64,000 nt of DNA from Eledone cirrhosa (GCA_964016885.1 OZ024757.1:21266001-21330000), one strand, 5' to 3'; shown: positions 12,449-26,467, counted from the stretch's first letter. Notes: a model not told the origin generated them from the letters alone. Translations and numbers: made by a program.

Positions 12449-13860
12449 CCAGTACACTCTGTAAAATGGTTTGTGATGGGGAGGGCATCCAGCTGTAGAG
12501 ACCATGCCAGACGACTGACTGACCGGGAGGAGTCATTCAATTGAGTCAACGGCACCTCTCTTGTGTTGGTGATCTACATGGTATCCAGTACACTCTGTAA
12601 AATGGTTTGCGATAGGGAGGGCATCCAGCTGTAGAGACCATGCCAAACGACTGACGGGCCGGGAGGACTCATTCAATTGAGTCAACGGCACCTCTCTTGT
12701 GTTGGTGATCTACATGGTATCCAGTACACTCTGTAAAATGGTTTGTGATGGGGAGGGCATCCAGCTGTAGAGACCATGCCAAACGACTGACGGACCGGGA
12801 GGACTCATTCAATTGAGTCAACGGCACCTCTCTTGTGTTGGTGATCTACATGGTATCCAGTACACTCTGTAAAATGGTTTGTGATGGGGAGGGCATCCAG
12901 CTGTAGAGACCATGCCAAACGACTGACGGACCGGGAGGACTCATTCAATTGAGTCAACGGCACCTCTCTTGTGTTGGTGATCTACATGGTATCCAGTACA
13001 CTCTGTAAAATGGTTTGTGATGGGGAGGGCATCCAGCTGTAGAGACCATGCCAAACGACTGACGGACCGGGAGGAGTCATTCAATTGAGTCAACGGCACC
13101 TCTCTTGTGTTGGTGATCTACATGGTATCCAGTACACTCTGTAAAATGGTTTGTGATAGGGAGGGCATCCAGCTGTAGAGACCATGCCAAACGACTGACG
13201 GACCGGGAGGACTCATTCAATTGAGTCAACGGCACCTCTCTTGTGTTGGTGATCTACATGGTATCCAGTACACTCTGTAAAATGGTTTGTGATGGGGAGG
13301 GCATCCAGCTGTAGAGACCATGCCAAACGACTGACGGACCGGGAGGACTCATTCAATTGAGTCAACGGCACCTCTCTTGTGTTGGTGATCTACATGGTAT
13401 CCAGTACACTCTGTAAAATGGTTTGTGATGGGGAGGGCATCCAGCTGTAGAGACCATGCCAGACGACTGACGGACCGGGAGGAGTCATTCAATTGAGTCA
13501 ACGGCACCTCTCTTGTGTTGGTGATCTACATGGTATCCAGTACACTCTGTAAAATGGTTTGTGATAGGGAGAGCATCCAGCTGTAGAGACCATGCCAGAC
13601 GACTGACGGACCGGGAGGAGTCATTCAATTGAGTCAACGGCACCTCTCTTGTGTTGGTGATCTACATGGTATCCAGTACACTCTGTAAAATGGTTTGTGA
13701 TAGGGAGAGCATCCAGCTGTAGAGACCATGCCAAACGACTGACGGACCGGGAGGACTCATTCAATTGAGTCAACGGCAACTCTCTTGTGTTGGTGATCTA
13801 CATGGTATCCAGTACACTCTGTAAAATGGTTTGTGATAGGGAGAGCATCCAGCCATAGAA
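12449..13860 (+). repeat. 136-bp tandem array (about 10.4 units) built on a SINE-type 3' segment
   Basis: ccagtacactctgtaaaa recurs at 12449, 12585, 12721, 12857 ... 13809. The unit contains gggcatccagctgtagagaccatgcc, shared with SINE tails. Confidence 0.95.
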
Positions 13861-14024
13861 AACCTGTCAAAGGGAGGTTATCATGTCAAAAGACATGATA
13901 ACCTCCCTAGTGCAGGGTCATACATAAATGAGATGCAGGCCCTTAGAGGTCGGTGGTCCTGCTTTAGCACTGACTTGGTTTGTGGGAACCTCTCCAACTC
14001 TTGTTAACAGGGAAAACAGGGGTT

Positions 14025-14650
14025 AAATGATGATGATGATGGTGGTGATGATGGTGATGATGATAGTGATAATGGTGATGGTGATGATGATGATGATGAT
14101 GATGATCTAAACGAGCAACTAATCAAATTAAATTAGTGAAGTTGGCAATTAAAAGTACTTGAGGCATTATATGTAATTAATTAACTAATCCCATAAATTT
14201 TGTTGTTGTTGTTGGTGGTGTTATTGGTGGTGGTGGTGGTGTTTTTGGTGGTGGTGGTAGTGGTGGTGGTGGTAGTGGTGGTGATGGTAGTGGTGGTGAT
14301 GGTGTTGTTGGTTGTGGTGTTGGTGGTGGTAGTGGTGATGTTGGTGATGGTTGTGGTGTTGTTGGTGACAGTGTTGTTGTTGTTGGTGGTGGTGGTGGTA
14401 GTGTTTGTGTTAGTGGTGGTGGTGGTGGTGGTGTTGGTGGTGGTGGTGGTGGTGGTGGTGTTGGTGGTGGTGTTAGTGGTGGCGTTGTTGGTGGTGGTGT
14501 TAGTGGTGATGGTCGTGGTGTTAGTGGTGGTCGTGATGTTAGTGGTGATGGTCGTGGTGTTAGTGGTGGCTGTGGTGTTAGTGGTAGTGTTAGTGGTGAT
14601 GGTATTGGTGTTGTTTATATTGGTTATATTGTTGTTTGTGTTGTTGTTGT
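14025..14650. repeat. (GAT)n and (GGT/GTT)n microsatellites
   Basis: Direct inspection; the poly-Val ORF is an artefact. Confidence 0.9.
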
Positions 14651-14972
14651 GGTATCATGTGGTACGACGTGGTTTGTTAATTCAAATGTTTATAGTATCT
14701 TTACTATAGGAGAGATTGCCGTGAAATGTTGCCGTATTAGAGTAAAGACTTTAATAAACGTGATGCAGTCATAGTGTTGTTTTGTACTTTTTAGGAATGT
14801 CTTGCTAATGTGGCTTCATGCGGCTATTGTGTTTAGTAAGTTTATTTAACAGCCACATATTAACTACTGTTGGGGTAAGAAAGACATATAAGAAGTTTAA
14901 GCTTTCATAGAATGGGGTGTCAGTGATTCCCTATTAAGGGTATTTCTTCTGAAGCGACATTGTAATCCTTAC

Positions 14973-15045
14973 TTGGCAATCAAACTGCTGCTATTTGTGG
15001 CAATAATCTGACTGTCTTTAGTATTTGATACTTTACAACTTTTGT
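14973..15045 (-). CDS. Candidate 73-bp coding exon (DKSCKVSNTKDSQIIATNSSSLIAN) of an unidentified host gene
   Basis: Acceptor cttcatacatag after a pyrimidine tract, donor gtaagg, only one open frame. A strong downstream acceptor (tctttcttaccccaacag, 14867) would give N-S-stop. No recognisable homology. Confidence 0.3.
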
Positions 15046-15699
15046 CTATGTATGAAGTGTAGAGGATATGTGAGGACGGGGGAGGGGGTAAAGAGAGGGG
15101 GGGATAGAGAGATAGAGGGGGAAGACCGGGGGGGGGAGATGGAGAGGAGATAGAGGGGGGAGGATGAGATATAGAGGGGGGGATTAAAGAGAGAACATGA
15201 AGGAAAAATAAATACATTGTTGGAGGGGGGGGGGGAGAAAAAGAATTATTGAGGGTGAGAGAGAGTGTGTGGATGTGTGTGAGAGGGTGGGAGACAATAG
15301 GTGTGTGTGAGGGTGGGAGACAGTGTGTGTGTGTGAGGGTGGGAGACAGTGTGTGTGTGTGAGGGTGGGAGACAATGGGTGTGTGTGAGGGTGGGAGACA
15401 ATGGGTGTGTGTGAGGGTGGGAGACAGTGTGTGTGTGTATGAGTGTGAGGGTGCATGTGCGTGAGGGTGGGTGTGTGTAGGGGAGAGAAAGAGAGATAGT
15501 AAGAGAGAGAATGATAGAGAGAGAGAGACAGACACAGTGATAGAGAGAGTGAGAGTGAAAATGATATATATATAGAGAGAGAGTAGAAGTGGTAGAGACA
15601 AAAGGAAAGGGAGAGAGTATATATGAGGGAGAGAGTATATATGAGAAAGAGAGAGAGTATTAGAGAGAGAGTATTAGAGAGAGAGTATTAGAGAGAGAG

Positions 15700-15737
<38 letters not shown>

Positions 15738-15964
15738 AAAGTATTAAGAGAGGGATGGGAGGATGCAGTACCGCTAGACATGAGATATTGCAGACAGTAA
15801 TGTCACCTTGGTCTACACACCTGAAATATACAAGTCAGGTGTTATATTACCTGTAAATGCAACACTAATTCTGCGGCAACTGAACAACTGTGCGACTGGC
15901 AACAGACTGCAATTGGCTGTCATAAAAATGACAAACTTCTTCAGACTTTGTAAAAAATTTTATT

Positions 15965-17130
<1,166 letters not shown>

Positions 17131-17204
17131 AATCTATCAAAGTTCTTTCGTTGCACATCTGCGACATCATCAGTGGTACTATTATGTTTCTTCCCATTTT
17201 TATT

Positions 17205-17235
<31 letters not shown>

Positions 17236-17536
17236 TCCTTGCCTCTGTCTCTGTGCATGCGTGTGTGTGTGTGTATAGTGTTTGGTGTCTGTATTTGCGT
17301 TTGAGTGTATGTGTTCTGTTATTATTTCTGGCAATATTGAGTTCAAATACCGCCGAGGTTGACTTTGCCTTTCATCCTTACGGGGTCGATAAAATAAAGT
17401 ACCAGTAATGCACTGAGTAATTGCTGGCCTTGTGCCTAAAGTAGAAACAATTATTTCTGGCAATATTACAACAATATGACCCTCCCCAAGTATAACAATA
17501 TGCGTTTTCATATAAAAAACCTTGCAAAACAAATTC

Positions 17537-17568
<32 letters not shown>

Positions 17569-17899
17569 ATCATCATCATCATCATGTTACATCCACTTTT
17601 CCCTGCTTGCAAGGGTGGGACTGGAACTGATTCTGGCTTGATTTCTACAGCTGGATGCCCTTCCTAACACCAACCTCATTTACACTGAGTGCTGGGTGCT
17701 TTTTTGCCGTGGCACCTACACGACCACTTTGCAGTGGAATGATAGGGACCCCAGTCCCTATCATCTCATTTCTACAGCTGAGTAAACTGGAGCAATGTGA
17801 AATAAAGTGTCTTGCTCAAGGAAACAACACATCACCCGGTCTGAGAATTGAACTCACAACCTTTCGATTGCAAGGCCAATGCTCTAACCACTAAGCCAT
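17569..17899 (-). mobile_element. SINE family A
   Basis: Near-identical to 6178-6509 and 40848-41175. Confidence 0.85.
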
Positions 17900-17900
17900 A

Positions 17901-18037
<137 letters not shown>

Positions 18038-18434
18038 TATATACACACACACACATTTCAAGAGTAACCAATCTTAAAGAAAGAGATGGAGATAAGAGAG
18101 GAGAAGAGAGATTGGTGAATAAGTTAGAAGCCAAAGCGTAAAGGCATGTGTTCAATGTCCAATATGCAGTGGAAAGCAGCTAGGTGGCTGGGTTCATGCA
18201 GAGGTTAGGTGCACAGAGTTGGAAATATTCATAAGTTAAGCAAAACAAGACCACAAATTTCACAAGGAAGACATTATTAAAAGATTCTCAACATAGTTTT
18301 AGTTTAATGTAAGGAATGTAAAGAATAATAATAATAATACTAATGATGTCCGTTTACAATTGTTTCACTACTCCATATAATGTTTCTGGATCAAATGATT
18401 ATAGATCATTATTGATCTGGTTCAGATCAATAAT

Positions 18435-18637
18435 GGGTGGTGGATTGGCAGTATCGGTAGAGGGTCGGACGTCATGCTTTCCAGCATAGTTACGTCCCTT
18501 TACGATCTGAGTTCAAATCCCGCCGAGGTTGACTTTGCCTTTCATCCTTACGGGGTCGATAAAATAAAGTACCAGTAATGCACTGGGTAATTGCTGGCCT
18601 TGTGCCTAAAGTAGAAACAATTATTGATCTGGTTCAG
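18435..18637 (+). mobile_element. Full-length SINE B with 18-bp TSD
   Basis: TSD attattgatctggttcag at 18408-18425 and 18620-18637; the empty site is visible in the mirror arm. Confidence 0.9.
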
Positions 18638-19061
18638 TTGAATATAATTAACTTAGGTAAAATTGGAGCAGTTCATCGGAACTTCAAAAGGAATATAAAT
18701 TAAGGTAAAAAGAGGTGGTTACATGATTGTAATGTTCCATAAATTGGTATTCCACTATGGTGTCCTGGGAATATCCATTGTCTGCCATAGTCGAGCAATA
18801 TTCTTCTGTCGAGGCTGCGTTATGTGAGATCTGCCTATGGGTAACAAGATGGCCGCCAAAGGACATATTTATCTTACTAATTAGAGGGTGGTTTCAGGGG
18901 AAGTAACTCCTCGAGAAATTAGAAATTGTGGGTAGTTTATAGTTAAGAAGTGCTAATGGCGGACAATAGATATACCCAGGACACCATAGTCAAATACCAA
19001 TATAAGGAACATTACATTCATATAACCACCTCTTTTTACCTTAATTTATATTCCTTTTGAA

Positions 19062-19180
19062 GTTCCGATGAGCTGCTCCAATTTTACCTAAGTTAATTAT
19101 ATTGAACTGAACCAGATCAATAATGATCTATAATCATTTGATCCAGAAACATTATATGGAGTAGCGAAACAATTGTAAAC
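19062..19180 (+). ncRNA. Variant hammerhead-like motif with large stem II loop
   Basis: CCGATGA (19065-71), gctgctcca ... tggagtagc (9-bp stem II), GAAA (19166-69), caattg, TA, aac pairing with upstream gtt. The core has C in place of the usual U4. Confidence 0.55.
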
Positions 19181-19490
19181 AGACATTATTAAATCCCGCT
19201 GAGGTTAACTTTGCCTTTCATCCTTACGAGGTTGATAAAATAAAGTACCAGTAATGTACTGGGGTATTTGCTGGCCTTGTGCCAAAAATAGAAACAATTA
19301 TTAGTATTATTATTCTTCTTCTTTACATTCCTTACATTAAACTACAACTATGTTGGCAATCTTTTAATAATGTCTTCCTTGTGAAATTTGTGGTCTTGTT
19401 TTGCTTAACTAATGAATATATATATATATATTCATATATATATATACATACATATATATATATACATACACATATATATATACATACACA

Positions 19491-19548
<58 letters not shown>

Positions 19549-19857
19549 CATATATACATACATATATATATATATATATACATATATACATACATATATA
19601 TATATATATATACATATATACATACATATATATATATATATACATACATATATATATATATATATACATATATACATACATATATATATATATATACATA
19701 TATACATATATACATACATATATATATATATATACATATATACATACATATATATATATAAATACATATATACATACATATATATATATATAAATACATA
19801 TATACATACATATATATATATATATATATACATATATACATACATATATATCTATCT

Positions 19858-20185
19858 ATCTAAGGCGGGTAAAATTCCCGAGATCCATGGACGAGTTCTC
19901 TCCAGCGGTCTCTGTCCCTCATTATCGCTGCCATATCCTGCATCTCCAACAGACCAGTGTCTGTCCTTAGGGCATCAACATATGTTAACCTTGGTCTTCC
20001 TCTTCTAGTGTGTCCATGTAGGGGCTCCCAAAGGAGCACTGAGTGCAATGTCAACTCTGGATGTCGGTGAGCATGTCCAGCCAACCTCAGTCTTCTCTGT
20101 GTCACTTTTGAGCTGACTTTTGGGATGCTCCCATACAGCTCTGAGTTTTTCATCCTCAGTGTATACTGATTAATGTTCAGAGCCA
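19858..20185 (-). mobile_element. 5'-truncated RTE-like LINE, intact C-terminal coding end
   Basis: MALNIN...[31 protein letters not shown]...[28 protein letters not shown]...[11 protein letters not shown] resembles an RTE ORF2 C-terminus (RLR-x-AGH, RGRP, DR-x-x-W). Followed by a (TAGA)n tail, inside (TA)n. Confidence 0.85.
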
Positions 20186-20294
20186 TATATACATATATAT
20201 ATATACATATATACATATATATACATATATATACATATATATACATGTATATATAGCCATATATACATATATATATATACATATATACATACAT

Positions 20295-20392
20295 AATATA
20301 AAATCCAAAGATGGTTAAAAGAGTTCCATGTATTTTATTATGCACATTTTAAAAACAAACATCATCATGGGATAAAACTCACCTCCTACATA
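20295..20392. mobile_element. Collapsed copy of family P2 (mirror-arm fragment fused to the 3' end)
   Basis: aaagatggttaa..gagttccatgtattttattatgcacattt..catcatcatg joined directly to ataaaactcacctcctacatata. Confidence 0.7.
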
Positions 20393-20479
20393 TATATACA
20401 TATATATATGTACATATATATATATACATATATATGCATACATATATACATATATATGCATACATATATATATGCATAC

Positions 20480-20516
<37 letters not shown>

Positions 20517-20531
20517 ACATATATATGTAAA

Positions 20532-20564
<33 letters not shown>

Positions 20565-20877
20565 CATACATATATATATACATACATATATATGTACATA
20601 CATATATTTGTACATACATATATTTGTACATACATATATATATATACATACATATATATATATACATACATATATATATGCATACATATATATATATATA
20701 CATACATATATATATGCATACATATATATATATATACATACATATATACATGCATACATATATATATATATACATATATACACATACATATATGCATACA
20801 TATATATATACATACATATATATGATACATATATATACATACATATATATACATATATATATACATATATATGATAC

Positions 20878-20912
<35 letters not shown>

Positions 20913-21063
20913 CATACATATATATACATATATATATATACATATATATATATACATACATATATATATATACATACATATATACGATACATATATATAC
21001 ATACATATATATACATAGATATATGATACATATATATACATATATATACATACATATATATAC

Positions 21064-21100
<37 letters not shown>

Positions 21101-21821
21101 CATATATACATATATATATACATACATATACATATATATACATATACACATACATACATATATATATATATACATACATATATATATATATATATACATA
21201 CATATACATATACACATACATATACATATACACATACATATACATATACACATACATACATATATATACATACATACATACATATACATATACATACATA
21301 CATACATATATATATATACATACATATATATATATACATACATACATATACACATACATATATATATATACATATATATATATACACATACATATACATT
21401 AGAATTATACGTTAGAATTATGTAATAAACAGAAGATATACAGATAAAACTGGGAGTTAATCTGTAAACACCCGTCCAACCCTGCCAGCATAAAGCACAG
21501 TCATTGAAGATGATGATGATGAATAAATTTCTAAAAAATGTATGTTGAATCTAATGGTAGAAAGGAAGACAAAGCTTCAATATTTCTTTAAAGTTATATA
21601 TAATGAAATTTCAAAAAGACATTTCCAAAATGCATGAGATATATTTTCTTCATTTCAGTTTTTTAAATTTATTTATATTGTTTGAAATATTAAAGACACC
21701 ATTAAAACTGTTAAAGGGAAGCTTTTAAATTCCTTTAAAATTTTAAATGTTTAAATGCATGACATTTTTCAAACTTCTATGTAATATAAAACATTTTAAA
21801 ATGGAGAAGATAAAACAACAA

Positions 21822-22298
21822 GGGTCAGCTGAAATGTTCAGAGGCTGACTATGAAGGAGTGATGCTGGTGCTATGAAATCTTGCATGCATTCATTTCAAC
21901 TCTTCTTATTAATAACTGCATAGTTTCTTTCCAGGGACTGTGTTGAGAAATACATCTCATTTGGTCGTTCCATGAGAGTATCTTGGTCAGCCTATGAAGG
22001 AGTGATGCTAGATCTATGAAATCTTGCATGCATTAATTTCAACTCTTCTTATTAATAACTGCATTGTTTCTTTCCAGGGACTGTGTTGAGAAATACATCT
22101 CATTTGGTCGTTCCATGAGAGTATCTTGGTCAGCCTATGAAGGAGTGATGCTAGAGCTATGAAATCTTGAATGCATTCATTTCAACTCTTCTTATTAATA
22201 ACTGCATAGTTTCTTTCCAGGGACTGTGTTGAGAAATACATCTCATTTGGTCATTCCATGAGAGTATCTTGGTCAGCCTATGAACATGTCAGCTGACC
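21822..22298. repeat. 143-bp triple tandem repeat enclosed by 27-bp inverted repeats
   Basis: ctatga at 21849, 21992, 22135 and 22278; ggtcagctgaaatgttcagaggctgac versus gtcagcctatgaacatgtcagctgacc. Confidence 0.8.
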
Positions 22299-22329
22299 TT
22301 CACAAAACTGGAGTGGTGAGATAATCTTT

Positions 22330-22800
22330 ACCCACTCTATATATACTATTGTATTTTCATGGTATCTCACATAACATTTACATTACTCTATATATACTAT
22401 TGTATTTTCATGGTATCTCACATAACATTTACATTACTCTATATATACTATTGTATTTTCACAGTAAACACTTTACCTCACATAACATTTACATTACTCT
22501 ATATATACTATTGTATTTTCACAGTAAACACTTTACCTCACATAATATCTCACATACCATTTACGTTACTCTATATATACTATTATATTTTCACAGTAAA
22601 GTCTTTACTTCACATAATATCTCACATAAAATTTACATTACTCTATATATACTTTATCTAACATAATATCGAATCTAGGAGATTTTGATATTATTTATTT
22701 TGAGAACAATACCTTAACATCAGTGTGATCAGCCAGTTACAGACAGTTTGAACAGAAAGAGGTGAGAGAATTCTGGTTGGATATAGCCAGTTGAAATGCT
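22330..22800. mobile_element. Degenerate copy of the piggyBac-type MITE with internal 50-75-bp tandem expansion
   Basis: Shares cattactctatatatactatt..tcacataat..gagattttga..gagaacaataccttaacatcag..aacagaaagaggt with 6877-7095. Confidence 0.7.
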
Positions 22801-24447
22801 AATTTTGAAGTGAATAAGGATTTTTTAAAAACATGAAGTGGTTTTCAAAAAATAGATGCAATATAATTTTTCCTTGTTAATGTTTCTCGTTTTAATATTC
22901 TAGATAAAACTAAAACTATTGGAAACCTCAACAGTTTTTTAAAACTACAAATTTTGAAATGCATAATTTTTTAACTAGGCAAGGGATACATTTTTGTTGA
23001 TATGTACAAAATAAATTTTAAAAAAAGGGGTAATAGAGATGTTTTAAAAATGTATTTAAAAATGAAATTTAGAAATATGTCATGAATTTTTAAAAATGGA
23101 TTAGATAAAAGGTTTTATTTATTATTTATTTCTTTAATTTACAATATTAAACTAAAAGAATTCTTTAGCATTTCTTTTAAATTAATACAATTTTCTGAAA
23201 TTAATAAAATTTTCTTTTTCTTCTTCTCTTATGGAGTTGATAAAATAAATTACCAGTAATGCACTGGGATAATTGCTGGCCTTGTGCCAAAAGAAGAAAC
23301 AATTATTTATTTATTCATTTGAGAATGGTAAAGTGGAAGAATTGGTAGAGTGTCAGATAAAATGTCATTGTGACATTTGTTCTGGCTCTTTATGATTTCA
23401 TCCTTCCGAGGTTGATCAAATAAAGTACCAGTAATGTACTGAGTGGATGTGACTGTCCCCTTCACCACAAATTGCTGGCCTGGTACCTCTAAATTTAGAA
23501 TTACCTTTGACTCTGAGAAAGGAAAAGGAGCACAACTAATTGTAGGTATATATCCCTAACCCCTGCTTTCAAAACCTGTAGTCTTTACACTAACTCCCTC
23601 TCCCTCTGGATTAAAGAAAGCCCCATTAACAACAAGATGGTGACACATGTCTCTCTTTCCTTAGTCATAGGATTACTACTTTGTTGTCATTATGGAAGGA
23701 GAGAAGGAAGTGACTTGTTGCCATAGTGATCCATCATAGAATAAATAGCTAAATCCCCTAGGTAACCTGACTTGCCTATCTGTTTCAGATTATAGGAGCT
23801 GCTTGGTAAATTGAGAAAAGTCGACACTGGCATAAGGAAAGACAAGGCCATACTAAGCTGTTTAGAGGCCCTAAATACTTAAAATATTACAGAACACATC
23901 CATCTGCCCCCACCCCACCTCACCCCTAAACCCCTACCCACCCACACTATATATAAAGTCTGCAAATATGATTTTTATAGATATGTGACAAATACATCTC
24001 AAAAAATGGTTTCTGATTTAGGTACCAGGCCAACAATTTGGGGCAAGGAGAAAGTCAGTTACATCAACCCCACTACATTACTGGTACTTTATTTTATTGA
24101 CTTCGTAAGGATGAAAGGCAAAGCTAACCTTGGCGGCAGCTCTATGCTGAAAAGCATGCCTGACGCTCTACCGATTCTGCCAATCCACCACCCTAATAAT
24201 GGTTTCTCCTATAGGCACAAGGCCAATATTTTTAGGGGAGGGGAATAGTCGATTAGATCAACCCCATTATATAATTGGTACTTTATTTTATTGACCTTGG
24301 AAGGATGAAAAGCAACCTGTAAAGTGGTAGTGCTGGTGCCACAATAAAAATCACCCAGTACATTCTGTAAAGTGGTTGGAAGGGCATCCAGCCGGAGAAA
24401 AACCAGGCCCAAAATATACCATATGAACAAGGCATGATCATCTGACT

Positions 24448-25258
24448 TGTCTCACCCCAACTGCGGTCACCCCATAGTGTCAAACTAACTACAGAGTTTG
24501 AAGTAATCCAACAAAGCTACACCAAGAGGATTGCCACGATGAAGGAGATGAGCTACTGGGAGAGGCTGTCTCACCCCAACTGCGGTCACCCCATAGTGTC
24601 AAACTAACTATAGAGTTTGAAGTAATCCAACAAAGCTACACCAAGAGGATTGCCACGATGAAGGAGATGAGCTACTGGGAGAGGCTGTCTCACCCCAACT
24701 GCGGTCACCCCATAGTGTCAAACTAACTACAGAGTTTGAAGTAATCCAACAAAGCTACACCAAGAGGATTGCCATGATGAAGGAGATAAGCTACTGGTAG
24801 AGGCTAAAAGAACTAAAACTCTATTCCTTGGAAATGCTGGCATGAAGTACATAGTGATATACGTATGGAAGATCCTGGAAGGACTAGCACCAATGTTTGG
24901 CATTGAGAGCTCGACCAACCCTCAAACAGGATGTCACTGTGTAGTGCCAAATGTCCCATCTTTCACATCTGGAATAAGGAGCAGATATTGCAATAGCCTG
25001 GAGTTTAAAGGGCCTCACCTCTTTAATAAGCTGCCAAGTAATTTGAGAGATTTGTATAGTGAGGACGTGGATATTTTCAAGAAACATCTTGACACTCAGC
25101 TATCCAGGATCCCAGATGAGCCCACAGCATGGAACGAAGTTAATCTAAGGGCAGCAGCAATGAACTCCCTCCTATATCAATGGCCAGCCAACACAGGCTG
25201 GGTATAGAAAGTGAGGCAACAAGGGCGGTGCCCCAGCATGGCCTCAACAGGTAAAAGG
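24448..25258 (+). mobile_element. CR1-like LINE 3' end with a 119-bp 5' segment triplicated
   Basis: FEVIQQSYTKRIATMKEMSYWERL (units at 24448, 24567, 24686), then KYIVIYVWKILEGLAP...KGPHLFNKLPSNLRDL...FKKHLDTQLSRIPDEP, as in CR1 ORF2 ends. 3' UTR ggcggtgccccagcatggcc. Confidence 0.8.
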
Positions 25259-25345
25259 TTATATATATGTCTTTACAAATTATCCCCTGTGATTGTTTCA
25301 TATGTTTATTATATATATATATATATATCAATCGATTTCTAGTGG

Positions 25346-25378
<33 letters not shown>

Positions 25379-25410
25379 TTATATATATATATTTACACAC
25401 ATATATAATG

Positions 25411-25630
25411 TATATCATCATCATCATTGTTTAACAGATATTTTATATATATATATATGCATGGGTTTGGACGGGGGTTTTCCCACTTGAGGCAAGAGTG
25501 GTTGTCTTGCTCGCATAGACAGTCCTATGCGAGCAAGACAACCACTCTTGCCTCAAGTGGGAAAACCCCCGTCCAAACCCATGCAAGCGTGGAACAGGGA
25601 CGTTAAACGATGATGATGATGATGATATAT
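25411..25630 (+). mobile_element. Truncated retroposon 3' end folded back into a perfect 61-bp palindrome
   Basis: Arms 25458-25518 and 25525-25585, loop acagtc. An unfolded parent copy lies at 27918-28200. Confidence 0.85.
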
Positions 25631-25644
25631 ATATATATATATAT

Positions 25645-25835
25645 AATTGCTTCTACTCTTGGCACAAGACCAGCAACTATCCCAGTGTATTACTGGTACC
25701 TTATTTTATCGACCCCGTAAGGATGAAAGGCAAAGTTAACCTCGGTGGGGTTTGAACTCAGACCATAAAGGGCCGTAACTCTATGCTGCAAAGCATGGTG
25801 TCAGACCATCGACCAATACTGCCAATCCACCGCCA

Positions 25836-25888
<53 letters not shown>

Positions 25889-26222
25889 TTTCTACTTTAG
25901 GCACAAGACCAGCAATTACACCAGTGCATTACTGGTACTTTATTTTATCGACCCCCGTAAAGATGAAAGGCAAAGTTAACCTCGGCGGGATTTGAACTCA
26001 GAATGGAAAGGGCCGTAACTCTATGCGTCATGCTGGCTAAACGTATATTATGACACTGAACATGGCATTGAGAGGAAAAATGAGAAATATATTTTATCGA
26101 CCCCGTAAGGATGAAAGGCAAAGTTAACCTCGGCGGGATTTGAACTCAGATCATAAAGGGACGTAACTCTTTGCTGCAAAGCATGGTGTCCGACCATCGA
26201 CCGATACTGCCAATCCATCGCA
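25645..26222 (-). mobile_element. Three SINE B copies or fragments
   Basis: Repeated tttattttatcgaccccgtaaggatgaaaggcaaagttaacctcgg core. Confidence 0.85.
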
Positions 26223-26467
26223 AGACAGGGTGAATGATGGGAGAACCAGTGTATGGAGTAGAAGGGGAGAGCTGTGACAGCTGTATGTTTAGTGGTGATT
26301 AAGAAAAGAGATGAGTGATTGTGATGGGAGAAGAAGGGTTGGTCTGTCCTTATATATATGTGTGCGTGTGTGTGTGTGTACATGAGTATGTTTCTGTGTT
26401 TGTGTGTGTACATGAGTGTGCAAGTATGTGTGTACATGTGTGCATGTGTCTGTATGTGTGTATGTAC

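Larger units (their letters stand above)
18055..19419 (-). mobile_element. Large asymmetric-palindrome element family P3 (putative Penelope-like pLTR pair) with variant hammerhead in each arm
   Basis: Arms 18225-18788 and 18956-19419 around a 167-bp spacer, extension about 18055-18224, (TA)n on both flanks, each arm carrying its own SINE B insertion. Confidence 0.65.

Noticed and set aside
12449-13860. CRISPR-like or retrozyme interpretation of the 136-bp array
   Set aside because: There are no unique spacers and the context is eukaryotic. ctgacgga is not CUGANGA, and no GAAA-stem III-UH follows.
23790-23882. Plus-strand terminal exon candidate ELLGKLRKVDTGIRKDKAILSCLEALNT-stop
   Set aside because: It has an acceptor-like site only, with no homology and no partner exons on that strand.
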